Source: Octopus bimaculoides (taxonomy: Eukaryota). Taken from it: a stretch of 62,913 bases of DNA. Both the position numbers and the translations under genes were made by a program. Of this stretch, positions 1-14,249 are shown piece after piece. Every line of letters begins with the position of its first letter. The first letter of the stretch is position 1. The notes below the pieces were generated by a model that was given only the letters and a program-made list of their open reading frames with translations, did not search any database and had not been told where the DNA came from. The DNA is taken from NCBI RefSeq assembly GCF_001194135.2, contig NC_068990.1:38631081-38693993 (forward strand). Reading direction: 5' to 3'.

Positions 1-14
1 ATCAATACAAATAT

Positions 15-62
15 ATGCGCGAGTGTGTGTGCACGTGCGTGCGTGCGTGTCTTTGTGTGTGC

Positions 63-115
<53 letters not shown>
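15..115. repeat. (TG)n/(TGCG)n microsatellite
   Basis: Direct reading of the dinucleotide run. Confidence 0.95.
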
Positions 116-116
<1 letters not shown>

Positions 117-645
117 TGGAATAGAATTTATGTCTGAATCCTCTTGATTTAAGACGAATGTATAGGCTGCGCAATTTTGAGACCATTCTCAACTGGCTGG
201 ACATGCTGTGTCCTATTAAATAGATACACGTTTTAGGCAATACACACACACTCTGAAATGTTTGTGAATATGTATGCGTATGTATGTCTGAGTGTGCTTT
301 TGCATGTATGTATATATAGACTGCGATTTATATGAATAGATAGCTATATGGTAAAATGGATAGACAGATAAGTGAGTTGATAGATTGATTAGCAGATAGA
401 CGGATAGAATGATTGGCAGATAGACGGATAGATAGATACAAAGATAGACAATAATGAAGTATAATAAATAAAAATAATATACTGATAATCAGAGAGATCG
501 ATATATATATAATATATATAGATAGCTAGTCGATAAATATATCGATGAGAACGTATAAATATAGAGACACAGAGAGAAATTCCGAACGAAAAACAACGTA
601 AAATATTCGAAAACACGTAGATACTGTGAACAATTATAAAACATG

Positions 646-699
<54 letters not shown>

Positions 700-704
700 A
701 ATAA

Positions 705-759
<55 letters not shown>

Positions 760-1779
760 TAAACACATACATATATATATACATAAACACACACACATAC
801 ACATATATACATAAACACAAACACCATATACATATGAATATATATTGACACAGCTTGTATGCTTGAGTATATATTACAACATATTTTGTATATATGTTTG
901 AATGTGTGCGTATATATATTTAGGATAAACTGCATTTCTTTCATATACACATATATCTACATATATATGTGTGTGTATATACTGCCTGTCTGTTTGAACC
1001 GTTGAATTAGTTTCTACACGTACGCATGCAAACTTATACAGATCGCGCGCACGCAGCCATAACAGAGTACCTCATTAGCATTTTCGGGAAAGTGTATCTG
1101 TATGTCTATATGCATATGTACACATGTGCATATTTCTTTCATGAATCTGCGCATGGATATACAATCATATACAGAAAGGTATGTGTTTTAAAAGCATATG
1201 CACATACACACACACAGAGGAACAAATATACATATGCATGTACGTATGAGAGATCACATATATGTATGTGTGTATGTATGCGTGTTCATGCGTATGTGCA
1301 TGTATTTATGTATACATTTATGTGTGTATGTGTGTGTGAGTGTGTGTATGTTTTTGTGTGTATGTACGTATAGCTTGCGAGGAGATTCACATTCAAAAAA
1401 CATGGCCGCGCTGTTGGAAGTGCTCAGTCATAAAAAGCTAGATTCAGCCCATTAAATCCTTTGATAACAGGGTGACGGATGGACATCAAACAAGCGGCAA
1501 GTCCCTTCACTAGGGACATAATTCATAGAGCGGTCAGTTGTTGTTGACCAATCGATGTAATTTCACATGCAGCTTCCAAATGAAACGGACATTTTTATTG
1601 TTCTTTATCGGATTGAGTTTCAATTTCCAATTGTCTTTCATTCGCTTACTCTTCCTAACCCTCACTCTCTATTCTCTGTGCTCAGTCTTATCACTCCGGC
1701 TCTCATTCCCTTTGCATTGCTCTTTGTCAATACATACAATCATACGTATACACACGCACATATGTATATATGTATGTGA

Positions 1780-1849
<70 letters not shown>

Positions 1850-2085
1850 GTATGCACGTATGTATATCTGTTAATCCCCCTCTCTAATTCTACCTTTCGT
1901 TCTGTTTCAGATTGACTCACATTATATTTTTTCCCTTTGTCTCACACTTTCACACTTTGTGTCATATGATCTGACAAGCCATCTATCACTCCATCCATGT
2001 ACCAATCAATCAATGTATGTATCTATGCAGCTATCAAATCTGCAGATCGATGTACTGGAAGTCATGGTTTATGTCTCTCGAGTTG

Positions 2086-2235
2086 TCCACCCATCCATTC
2101 ATCCATCCCTCCGTCCGTCCATTCATCTAACCATCCATCCATTCATCCATCCATCCATCCATCCATCCATCCATCCATCCATTCCTCTATCCATTCCTCT
2201 ATCCATTCCTCGATTTATTTATCCATCTATTCATC
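2086..2235. repeat. (CCAT)n tetranucleotide microsatellite
   Basis: Tandem ccat/ctat units; explains the HPSI-repeat ORFs. Confidence 0.9.
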
Positions 2236-3595
2236 TGTCCGCCAATCAGTGTATATGCCTACATGTATGTATCTACTTATCTGTCAATCTATTTATGAAT
2301 ATATCTATCTGGATATCTCTCCCTTTCTCTCTCTCTTTCCTTGAATATATANNNNNNNNNNNNNNNNNNNNNNNNNNNNNNNNNNNNNNNNNNNNNNNNN
2401 NNNNNNNNNNNNNNNNNNNNNNNNNNNNNNNNNNNNNNNNNNNNNNNNNNNNNNNNNNNNNNNNNNNNNNNNNNNNNNNNNNNNNNNNNNNNNNNNNNNN
2501 NNNNNNNNNNNNNNNNNNNNNNNNNNNNNNNNNNNNNNNNNNNNNNNNNNNNNNNNNNNNNNNNNNNNNNNNNNNNNNNNNNNNNNNNNNNNNNNNNNNN
2601 NNNNNNNNNNNNNNNNNNNNNNNNNNNNNNNNNNNNNNNNNNNNNNNNNNNNNNNNNNNNNNNNNNNNNNNNNNNNNNNNNNNNNNNNNNNNNNNNNNNN
2701 NNNNNNNNNNNNNNNNNNNNNNNNNNNNNNNNNNNNNNNNNNNNNNNNNNNNNNNNNNNNNNNNNNNNNNNNNNNNNNNNNNNNNNNNNNNNNNNNNNNN
2801 NNNNNNNNNNNNNNNNNNNNNNNNNNNNNNNNNNNNNNNNNNNNNNNNNNNNNNNNNNNNNNNNNNNNNNNNNNNNNNNNNNNNNNNNNNNNNNNNNNNN
2901 NNNNNNNNNNNNNNNNNNNNNNNNNNNNNNNNNNNNNNNNNNNNNNNNNNNNNNNNNNNNNNNNNNNNNNNNNNNNNNNNNNNNNNNNNNNNNNNNNNNN
3001 NNNNNNNNNNNNNNNNNNNNNNNNNNNNNNNNNNNNNNNNNNNNNNNNNNNNNNNNNNNNNNNNNNNNNNNNNNNNNNNNNNNNNNNNNNNNNNNNNNNN
3101 NNNNNNNNNNNNNNNNNNNNNNNNNNNNNNNNNNNNNNNNNNNNNNNNNNNNNNNNNNNNNNNNNNNNNNNNNNNNNNNNNNNNNNNNNNNNNNNNNNNN
3201 NNNNNNNNNNNNNNNNNNNNNNNNNNNNNNNNNNNNNNNNNNNNNNNNNNNNNNNNNNNNNNNNNNNNNNNNNNNNNNNNNNNNNNNNNNNNNNNNNNNN
3301 NNNNNNNNNNNNNATCGTTTATATTGTGTTTCCTGCTCTGTTCTACTCTCTCTCCCTCTCTGTCTCTGTCACTCTCCCTCTCTCTCTTTCCGTCTTATTC
3401 TCTCATTTTACATCTTTCTTTTCCTACTCCTTTGTACATCTTCTGTTGATATATCCCAGCTCATTCTTGTCTAGTATACATCAAAATATCCCATTGAAGC
3501 AGTAACACCTGTCTCTCACAATTGTCCTATTCTCATGTGCACTCTCCCGCCCCTTCTTATTTTGAATGTGCATGTATTACACAAATACATATATA

Positions 3596-3634
<39 letters not shown>

Positions 3635-3648
3635 CATATATATATACA

Positions 3649-3689
<41 letters not shown>

Positions 3690-5045
3690 GTGTCTTACAC
3701 ATGGAATATACTTCGAGGTAAGCAATTTCTATCACCTGCGTCTCTTCTCTCATCCTGGGGAAGTGACGTCTTTCACTCGTTTGAAAGTTGGTTCCTTCTT
3801 GGCCGTTGGTGAGTTCAGTTCGAGAGAAATCGAATTGGAAATGACTACAGTACTCTATTACATGCAAGGTAGGTATTTATAGGTAACTGTACCGTGATTA
3901 ATTTATAATAATAAGGAACATTAATGCTTTGATTTCCCTAGTACAACTGGATTGATGATATTATTTTCAAATTCGGCTGTTTGGTAGTAGCAAATAAAAA
4001 AAAAGAAAAACAAATAGCTTAATTTGTAGGAAATCTTCGTTTGGGGATACCGTTAATTTTTCTTTCCGGGTATATAGTATTTCAAGCAAAAACACCATCG
4101 GCAGTTGATGATCGACTGATGTAGGGAAGAGCCATTCCAATCAAACTTTGGATAATGGTTACTGAAATTCTTCATGAAACAGGATATGGAAATTGAGTTA
4201 ACTCTGTAGCTATATCAGAGAAAATATTCATATTCATATAATGAATATGAATATTCATATTCATCATATCATTTTATAGAAACCTTTGCGTTGAGCACCG
4301 TTCATATTCTATGAATCCAACCTAGTGAATTCCAAGTAGCTCTGCAATTTCAATGCCTTCAAATATACACTTAAATGACAAGAGATTAGATCCAAGAAAG
4401 TGAAGTGAGATTTGGGATATGGAAGCAGTGCAGACGCGTAAAAAAAATTGCATGTGTAACAAACATGGAAGCTATGTTGTCAAGGCAACGACAGTTCTCT
4501 TTACAATCATTGTATTACGCATAGTCAAAAGGTGGTACCTTAAGAGAAATAAAGAGTTCTTGGTAATATTGGGGGTAATGTCTCTTTCATGAGATGGAGT
4601 GAACACAAGGAACTCTCGCTTCCAGGTTCCCCTGACCCAGAGTGGATGCAAGAATCTCTACATAGATTGATTCCTCACTAAATTCCCTTTCAGCTACAGC
4701 CTCGTTATTAATGTATGCTGCCTTGATGAATATTTCTCTGTCGTAGAAAAGATCGGAGAATTTGCTGCTTATTCTTAATATTTGGTTTCTAGTTATAGTT
4801 GGGACCTGAATGAGTATCTTACATTCAAGTATTTTCGTTTCTTGTAAAAGTTCTGTATTAAAGTCTTATATCTAGTGCAATATTTAGAAACATATATGTT
4901 ATATACATCTATATCGATCTATCTATCTGCCCGTCTATATCGCTATTTATCTAGTCATATACCTACCTACTATCTGCTTACCTACCTGCCTATCTATCAA
5001 TCTATTCATCTGTCTGGCTGTCTGTCCTTATATATATATATACAT

Positions 5046-5085
<40 letters not shown>

Positions 5086-5794
5086 NNNNNNNNNNNNNNN
5101 NNNNNNNNNNNNNNNNNNNNNNNNNNNNNNNNNNNNNNNNNNNNNNNNNNNNNNNNNNNNNNNNNNNNNNNNNNNNNNNNNNNNNNNNNNNNNNNNNNNN
5201 NNNNNNNNNNNNNNNNNNNNNNNNNNNNNNNNNNNNNNNNNNNNNNNNNNNNNNNNNNNNNNNNNNNNNNNNNNNNNNNNNNNNNNNNNNNNNNNNNNNN
5301 NNNNNNNNNNNNNNNNNNNNNNNNNNNNNNNNNNNNNNNNNNNNNNNNNNNNNNNNNNNNNNNNNNNNNNNNNNNNNNNNNNNNNNNNNNNNNNNNNNNN
5401 NNNNNNNNNNNNNNNNNNNNNNNNNNNNNNNNNNNNNNNNNNNNNNNNNNNNNNNNNNNNNNNNNNNNNNNNNNNNNNNNNNNNNNNNNNNNNNNNNNNN
5501 NNNNNNNNNNNNNNNNNNNNNNNNNNNNNNNNNNNNNNNNNNNNNNNNNNNNNNNNNNNNNNNNNNNNNNNNNNNNNNNNNNNTATATATATATATATAT
5601 ATTACCATAGGAATCAGCGGCTGTTTCTGCAAGAGGATAACGTGAAAATTATAAAATAATAGACGCAATTCAAAACCAAATAGGAAATAATTCACCGTCA
5701 CTAAAATGTGAGGAGGGGTGCAGGGAGCACCAGCATTGCTAGAAATAAGAGTCGAATGAGTATTTAGCCACAAAAAGCGCATGTTTTGTTTACT

Positions 5795-6030
5795 GGTACT
5801 TTATTTCCCGTTGCTCCAGTTGACTGATTGGGCAAAAATGCGTAGTAACTATACTTGAAAAGGCCAGCGTTGTCACAATCTGCATCACACTGAATCTCCT
5901 TGAGAACGACGTTAAGGGTAAGCGTGTCTGTAGAGTGCTCAGCCACCATATGCACGTTAATTTCATGAGCAGACTGTTCCATTGACTGGATCGATTGGAA
6001 TCCTTGTCGTCGTAGCTGACGGAGTGCCAA
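5795..6030 (+). mobile_element. SINE-like dispersed repeat, family D (3' part)
   Basis: 5860-6030 aligns by eye with 62275-62437 (gttgtcaca...gagaac.acgttaa.ggt...gagtgctcagccac...gcacgttaatttca.gagcag.ctgttcc...ggagtgccaa). Confidence 0.7.
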
Positions 6031-6389
6031 TTTTTTGCGTGATTTTTCTTTTCTTTAAGAATTACTTCTAATAACTCAGAGTACCAATTGAAAGAATTAA
6101 CACAATCAAGTACACGCACATATAGAGTATTCGGACTAGAATTGCTGATTTTTCTGTCTCAATTTTTCCGCAATAGCTTGAGGTAGGAGTGAAGAATCAA
6201 CGGTGTTGGGGTATATAGAGATTACAACTGTAGTAAAGAAAACGTTAGCTAAGTTGGTGGATTCAATATCAAGTGCCGACATCATGTCCTCTGCTCAATG
6301 CTGCGTCAATGTGACATAGTCAATGGAAACTACGAAGCTGCGGCAATTAAGAAGAGACAGCTGGCATCCTGGCTGCATTTACTCTCCGA

Positions 6390-6818
6390 AATTGCTCCCC
6401 ACATCTTCTAAACAGGAGTTTAGGCTCAATTCAAGCGGCTGTGTGAAGTTGTTGGACATTGTGTTTAAACCCTGACTGATAAGATTGTTGCTTGAATACC
6501 ATATGTGTGGCAGCAGAATTCAGCTGCTCGGCACACCACTTGAAAGTGTCAGAAGCTGTTGTTTGAGAATGATTATGACATTACCAGTCCCAATTTCTAG
6601 CCTCCTAATAACCCCGATTATAATCCTATGGATTATTATATAGGGGGCGCGTTTGAGAAAGATACCAACCGCTTTGTCTGCAATCCCAAGGCTGAAATGG
6701 TAGCCAAGATCACGGAGGTATCCGAATACTTCCTAACGACACAGCGAGGAACGCATTCGCTAGATTACGGAGCTCTCTTTAGTCCCTCGTGAAAACTGAG
6801 GATGGTTATTTGGCGTAA
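6390..6818 (+). pseudogene. IS630-Tc1-mariner transposase fossil, DD37D (maT-like) catalytic C-terminus
   Basis: Manual translation across stops and frameshifts: RLNSSGCVKLLDIVFKP*..PYVWQQ[N]SAARHTT*KCQKLLFENDYDITSPNF*PPNNPDYNPM[D]YYIGGAFEKDTNR...ARNAFARLRSSL*SLVKTEDGYLA*. This matches the WQQDSAP...WPPNSPD.NP.DY motifs, with 37 residues between the second and third catalytic positions. Confidence 0.8.
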
Positions 6819-7268
6819 GTTGTTATCTCTTAGTATTAATCTAGTTCATATTTTTAAATTTTTTAAAGATACATTTACTTTTTGATGAGATAGTGCTTTC
6901 TTTTCCTTTTATGCAAACTGCCATATACAAATGTATATGTGTGTATACATGCACATTATATAATATGATTACGTACATATATAGGGATGAAAGTAGATAG
7001 ATAGATAGTATTATTCCATACATATTTGTAGTTAGTTTCCGTGGTATATAGCCTAGTATACACATCAATATTTAGTTTTCTGTTCTATTTATTTAAACTC
7101 CTATATGCTAGTAAAATCTATCGATATATCTACATATCAATTGATAGATGTATCTATAAATCGACCTAGCTTTCTCATATCGTTCGATGTGAATATATTT
7201 CATCAACATCCATGTATGTACGAATGTCTCACTCTCTTTATGTATCCCTCTCTGCCTCTCACATATGC

Positions 7269-7305
<37 letters not shown>

Positions 7306-9449
7306 GTATGAATGTATGTATGTACATACATACGTATATATGTATGTATGAATGAATACATACATACATACATATATACATGCATACACACATACATACA
7401 TGAATTTTTGTGTGCACATGTGTGTTTTCTCTTTTCCGACCGAGAAACTTGTACTGAAATATATGGCTACTATCTGCCCACAACAATATCACCTTTGATT
7501 GTCTTAATGTTTTTGTTTCAATGTCTCATACAATTTCATATCCACAGGGATACTGATTCTTGAAATATTTTTTCTTATATCTTCCACACCTCATATATTC
7601 CCGTATACGCTTGTCTCTGCTTTCACTGTATGGTTACATATATGTGCAGGAATTCTTAGATACCGCTCTATATGTGTGCATTGTTTGTATGTGCATGTGC
7701 CATTATTTGTGTGAAACAGTTTCGTTTGTGAAGAAAGAGCCTGAGAAATGAAATAAATTCATTTGTTGCTTGTATTACGTTTATGGACTTTAACTAATAA
7801 GATAGTCTTAGTTGAAATAAATGCACCAGTATAAACGTGTCATGACACGCTAACTCAAGAGTAAAGTAATTTTACATACTTGGTCGCAAGCTGTTATTGT
7901 AATTGTCGTATAACACTGTCTACCCATCATGATTGAAGAGAATTATCACAGAAGCGCTACCGACTGTAACGGATCCTACATTTAGTATGTATGGCTTATA
8001 ATGCTCAATATTTGCCTTTATGAGACTGTAGTGTTGGTTGGGTGGGGGGAAGCATTTTATATCGACCGCGTAGGTACTCTTGGTTTTAGATAGAATCGAT
8101 AGTAGTTCAAACAGTGATATAAATGGAAATACTCTTACTCTGTTACTACTTTCCTCTCAGTAGATAGTTAAATACATATTAACTATAAGCACTTTTATAA
8201 AAACATACCTATCAGTGTCAATAAATTGTGTCAATATCTCAAACAATATTTAGTATTCTATGCCCTTCGAGGAAAGGGTTTCAGATGTTGGAGGCTAAAA
8301 TTACGCTTTTGACAAACTAGATGATCCCAGAGTAGGCTGTATTTTTTTTCTGTTCTTTACGACATAATTACATCGCTGCTGCTATTTCATTGCGATAATT
8401 TTGCGATAGATTTCTATAATTTAAGTAAATGCGCTCGACGATGCGTCTGTTGGATATTACCAGTTTATTATGGCTAGGTATATAAAAGTCTACATTTAGG
8501 ATTGGGAAAACAGGTAATCTCTTAAGGTAATCTATAGCGTGTACATGACTAAGGTTTTCTATTGTATCGTTTATTTGCAATTGTGTAACCATTGCTTTTC
8601 TTTCTATTGTCTTTCTTTAGGGTGGTGGGAATTGATAGTGTCCGAAGCTCAGTTAACTGTCAGGCTTTGGAGTGTGTTCCTCTGGCTATTTCATTCAATT
8701 AAATTTTGTTGCCTGTAGATTAAAACATCATAAAAGTTTGAGTAGTGATGTTGTGATTCATCAGCTGCGAACGAATACATAAAATCTTGCCATTTATATG
8801 TTTTATTGAAACTCGTATAACATATGGATAGACGCAAGTGTTGTAAACGTTGTTGGATCGCTTTGATAGTGTAGAAGAGAAAAGACTGTTTCAGCAGTGA
8901 TTGAAATGTTAACAAGCTTCGCATCTGTAAACTGGTAATATGGAAGTAAATTAAATATTTTGAAACTAATGCGTTCTTGGGTCTATGGTGTTTTATCTGT
9001 TCAATATTATTGGCATCCAACCGAAATTCGTTGCAATTACTTCAAACATTATTGCATTTGAAGCATAGCAACTGGTACGGGCTGGCAAAATTCAGAATTT
9101 AATGAAGAAGAACCAGCTTTGCAAGATTCTGTTTTGAAGTGACTACAACATAGTTACGACAATTAAAATTCGGACTAATTATTTTTATCTTTTAACTCTA
9201 AGAAATTTTAATACAATATAAAAAATGCAACAACGCTTTAAAGATGGTAATGATTCAATGGCGAACAATATTGATGTAAGGTGAATTGGGAAAAAGTGTA
9301 ATTAGAAACAGAAGTCAGTCACGAGAAGATTGTTCTCATTCTGAATCATGGACATTACACGCTACCTGACAGAACAGCACAAACCGGCCTGGTATGCCGT
9401 TAGCGGAGTCCACATAATTGAATCTATTGTGGTCATGCATCCAGTCTGT

Positions 9450-9685
9450 GAAGGCGCGTGGTTTTGTGGTTAGGGTGTTGGACTTATGATCATAAGATTG
9501 TGGTTTCGATTCCTGGACCAGGAGACGTGTTATATTCTTGAGCAAAACCCTTCATTTCACGTTGCTTCAGTCCACTCAGCTGGCAAAAATTAGTAATCCT
9601 GCGACGGATCGGCGTCCTGTCCAGGTGGGGAATGTCTATGCCATGGAAACCAGGAAACTAACCCTTTTGAGTCGGTATGACATGA
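9450..9685 (+). mobile_element. tRNA-derived SINE, family B
   Basis: Head has A-box-like gtggttagggtg and B-box-like ggtttcgattcc; body ttcttgagcaaaac.cttcatttcacgttgct.cagtccactcagctggc is shared with 12350-12596 and 22822-23044. Confidence 0.85.
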
Positions 9686-10529
9686 TAATGAACTTTTAAT
9701 ATATATAGTTTTTTTTTATGCATCCAGTCTCAGAATAACACGTTCACTTCTTCTCACTAGTCACAGAAGACTTGATAGTGTCATGGAATCCGTACATTTA
9801 TCCCTGACTGAGACAGCTCCAATAATTAAACGTTGTATCATATTTTCTATTCTAATTGAAGTTGTATATAGACGCTTTATTAATATTCAAAATGTCTCCC
9901 AATCCAATCTTGTTGTAGAACATATCGAAGTGAATTGAGTAGGATTCGAAACATATTATTCTAAGGGCAGAAAAAAAATTACTTTACATTTTTCTTACTT
10001 ATCCATACAACTACTTACTACTATTTTATCCGCATCTGATACAGAAGGAAAATATAAACCAAAGATACAGATTATGGTTTTAATTAATATAATCATTTCA
10101 TTTTATCTCTTTCCGAAAAAGTATATGTGCATCCTGGTTTCGATTTCCGTGCATCCGTAGCTGAATTCACATAATACCATCATGAATGTCACACTACGCT
10201 TTTACCCTCGTTTCTTAAAAGTCAATAAAACTAATCACCTATTGATCTATACAGTTCATTACAAATAATCAAATAGACCATGAATATATTTGATGTCTAA
10301 CTCTATTAATAATCCCAACATCTATATGAAATAAATGAATAGATTTCTGTAGAAATTTTTCTTTCTTGTTTATTTACCATAACCATCGTTATGTCTATAT
10401 AAAGCACACGCACTCACACACATAGACATATGCTTGTATACATACGTACATACATACATACATACTCACACACACACACATATATATATATATACATATA
10501 CATATATATATATATATACATATACATAC

Positions 10530-10560
<31 letters not shown>

Positions 10561-11589
10561 NNNNNNNNNNNNNNNNNNNNNNNNNNNNNNNNNNNNNNNN
10601 NNNNNNNNNNNNNNNNNNNNNNNNNNNNNNNNNNNNNNNNNNNNNNNNNNNNNNNNNNNNNNNNNNNNNNNNNNNNNNNNNNNNNNNNNNNNNNNNNNNN
10701 NNNNNNNNNNNNNNNNNNNNNNNNNNNNNNNNNNNNNNNNNNNNNNNNNNNNNNNNNNNNNNNNNNNNNNNNNNNNNNNNNNNNNNNNNNNNNNNNNNNN
10801 NNNNNNNNNNNNNNNNNNNNNNNNNNNNNNNNNNNNNNNNNNNNNNNNNNNNNNNNNNNNNNNNNNNNNNNNNNNNNNNNNNNNNNNNNNNNNNNNNNNN
10901 NNNNNNNNNNNNNNNNNNNNNNNNNNNNNNNNNNNNNNNNNNNNNNNNNNNNNNNNNNNNNNNCAAGCAAGAACACCTTAAGCTACGGTTAGAGATCCGG
11001 GCTTATGTGGCTGGGAAAAGGAAAAGGTAAAGAAAAAAAAAAGATTGTAAATATAATTTAATGCGACAACTGAAAATTTCATTTGGGGAAGAATTTGGCA
11101 AGAAATACTAGATATTCAGAAAATGTTCGTATTAGTCTACAATACGTCAAAAATGAAAAGAAAGCCAAAAATGTAAAATATATAGTCATATCAACTGGAT
11201 CCTTTTCCTTTTTTTTTTCTGATTTTGTTTTTAGAAAACGGCATTAAATAATTTCTGGTGGACGCTTTCAGAATAGTGGTGTAGGTATGCGTTAAATTAT
11301 CACCATTATGTTCAAAACTTGCTGGTGATAGTTACTTCGATTATATTTTCTAATCATGGAGGTTTTCGATATTGTTTTTCTTTTTTCTTTTCATGGGAAC
11401 TAGTTATCTAAAATATTCAAATTGATACTTCAAACATTTATTGGGGGTTTAATATATGTTTTAAGTTTTGGCGCAAAGCGAGTAATTTTAGGAGGAAGTG
11501 TTAAATAGCTTACATACACTTCAGTACTTGACTGGTATTTAATTTACCGTTGCCCAAAGGGGGAAAGGAAAAGACTCCTTCACCGTAAT

Positions 11590-11855
11590 TTGAACACAAC
11601 TTAAAACTGGACAAAATGGCAAGAGTTTCCTACTGTAGCCTCGAACCGACCAAAGACTTGTGAGTGGATACATAACTATATGTATTTGTGTGACTGTGTT
11701 TGTCCACTCGCCAACGCTTGACAACCGGTGTTGGCATGTTTAAGTCCCCGTAACCTACCGGTTCGTCAAAATACACCTGGGGTCCATTTTTTTGACTAAA
11801 GGCATTGCTTCAGTATGGTCTCAGTCAAATGACTGACACAAGTAAAAGAATAAAA
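11590..11855 (+). mobile_element. tRNA-derived SINE family A, 5'-truncated and diverged
   Basis: ctactgtagcctcgaaccgaccaaagacttgtgagtgga...cgcttgacaaccggtgttggc...cagtcaaatgactgacacaagtaaaaga matches the copies at 12797, 40589 and 42249. Confidence 0.75.
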
Positions 11856-11867
11856 GAATATATAAAC

Positions 11868-11903
<36 letters not shown>

Positions 11904-11962
11904 GTGTGTGTGTATGTGTGTGTATGTATGTATGCATGTATATATGTATATATAAGCACACG

Positions 11963-12027
<65 letters not shown>

Positions 12028-12349
12028 GCATATGTGTGTGTCTCTACATATATGTATGTCTTTGATGGTGGAGGTGACCATGTATATGCGTGCGCATGCG
12101 TGCTTGTGTGAATCTGTGGTAGAAAATCTCAAATTTGGTCGTTGTAAATCTTTGGGGATAAAATTTCAATCAACTTCCCAGGAAACAGCTCTGTTCACAG
12201 CATAAGTACTGTAAAATCATTAATGAAAACCACAACTAATGTTTTCTTTTGTTCGAAATGTAATTTTTCCCACATACAGCTGAAATGTTAACATATAACT
12301 GAAAGTATATAGGCCCTACGTGTTTATAAAATTATAAATAATGAATAAA

Positions 12350-12596
12350 TGCGCCCTTTTAAAGACTAGCCAGGCTCATGGGCCCGGTTTCCCGGTTTCA
12401 ATGGCGTATGTGTTCCCCAGCTGGACGGAACGTCAATCCATCGCAGCGTTACTCATTTTTTGCCAGCTGAGTGGACTGGAGCAACGAGAAATGAAGTGTT
12501 TTGCTCAAGAACACAACGCATCGCCCGGTCCAGGAATCGAAACCACAATCTTACGATCATGGTGCTGACACCCTAACCACTAAGCCTCGCGCCTCC
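12350..12596 (-). mobile_element. tRNA-derived SINE, family B
   Basis: Reverse complement aligns end to end with 9450-9685 and 22822-23044. Confidence 0.9.
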
Positions 12597-12796
12597 ACTT
12601 ATAAAATTATAGTTACACTTAATATTGCGTGGCAGTTTGATTCTAAGGGATACCTATAGATTCTGCCTCGTGATCATAATGACGGATAGCAAGGATGATT
12701 ATATTAATGATGATGATGATATTCATGATGCTTATTACGAGGAGGTGGATTGGGGTGACAGTGTTGATGACGATGTTTATTTTATAGTTACATACA

Positions 12797-12959
12797 AGGC
12801 GCAGGAGTGGCTGTGTGGTAAGCACCTTGCTTACCAACCACATGGTTCCGGGTTCAGTCCCACTGCGTGGCACCTTGAGCATATGTCTTCTACTGTAGCC
12901 TCGGGCCGACCAAAGCCTTGTGAATGGATTTGTTAGACGGAAACAGAAAGAAGCCCGTC

Positions 12960-13008
<49 letters not shown>

Positions 13009-13256
13009 CGTGTGTGTGTGCGTGTGTGTGTGCGCGTGTGTGTGCGCGTGTGTCTGTGTTTGTCCTCCCCAACATCGCTTCACAACCGATGCTGATGTGT
13101 TTACGCCCTCGTAACTTAGCGGTTCGGCAAAAGATACCGATAGAATAAGTACTATTCTCACAAAGAATAAGTCCTGGAGTCGATTTGCTCGACTTAAAGC
13201 AGTGCTCACGCATGGCCACAGTCAAATGACTGAAACAAGTTAAACAGTTAAACAGT
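12797..13256 (+). mobile_element. tRNA-derived SINE family A, full length, with internal (TA)n(TG)n
   Basis: Head aggcgcaggagtggctgtgtggtaag...ggttcagtccc; 3' end cagtcaaatgactgaaacaagt followed by a short tandem tail; matches the 40589 and 42249 copies. Confidence 0.9.
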
Positions 13257-14249
13257 TATATGACGTACAACACGGGATGATTAAATGTGTGCGCAGTTCG
13301 CTAGGTTCCATGGTGGTCATAGATTCTGTGGAAGGTGTATAACAGGCAGCTGGTTAAATAAACATTATTCTTGTGAACGTTTTGATGTAACGTTTAAATG
13401 GATGCGTCCTAGGATTTAACCTGCATTAGCTATTTTTAGATGTGATCCATGATGCTTATCTGGGACCTCCAGCGGCACAGACATGGAAAGAAAGATGCTT
13501 ATTTCATCAAATGTTCAGGAATATTTGTATGTAAAATGGTGCCAAACTGAGTAACGTTTGTGAATCGAACTGAACTTAGCGTGTCGGCTTGATGATTTAA
13601 CCGTGGTACGACGAATTAAGAATGGGTTCCTGTTGTTATAACATCCCTATGTTTACATCGCTTTATATTTTATGTTTATGACTATTGTAGTTTGTTTACA
13701 ACTTGAGCAATGGTTCAGTAGACACAGCTTCCCTATTTTGTAACACTCAGAGTGCTGACACTCATCTGATTCAGTCAGATAATTAAAGGAAAGGGGGAAA
13801 AAAATAATGATAATAATTACAATAAGTATATAAAAAAAATATAACCCATTTCAGTCGGGGAAATGTGGGTAAAATAAAAAAAAAAGCAAAAATATATAAA
13901 CAAAAAATATATAAAAGCAATCAAAGATAAAAAATTGAAGAAAAACAATTACTTAAATGGCAAAGACCAAAAAGGGTTAAAAGGAAAAAAAATAAATAAA
14001 TAAAAGCAGAAAAAGATTAACAAAAAGTAATTTGAATAAATGAAGAAAATAATGGGAATAAATGACAAAAGAAGATAAAAATATCAAAACTAAATTTCTT
14101 CAAGAAGAGAAATATCAAATGTTCGAAGTGTGTAAAAGAAAATAAACGAATAAAGTACATAAAGAAAATAGCCTGTCACTTATGGAAAAGTTCTGGCGGT
14201 CGAGGAAAGGTAGTTTAATAACTACCGATGATGGCTTTGACAATAATTC

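Noticed and set aside
1405-1455. aaacATGG-initiated short ORF MAALLEVLSHKKLDSAH in a GC-richer unique patch
   Set aside because: Good start context, but only 17 codons, no convincing splice donor and no recognisable homology.
3690-3875. Two strong donor-like sites (gag|GTAAGC, aag|GTAGGT) with an open frame between them
   Set aside because: No clean acceptor defines an exon and the peptide is not recognisable.
8368-9020. Minus-strand ORFs of 74 and 109 aa in unique sequence
   Set aside because: No motif recognised; could be a decayed transposon, but this cannot be supported without a search.
13304-13315. ggttccatggtg, identical to the first 12 nt of the tRNA-Val body
   Set aside because: The match stops at 12 nt with no D-loop or B box; likely chance.
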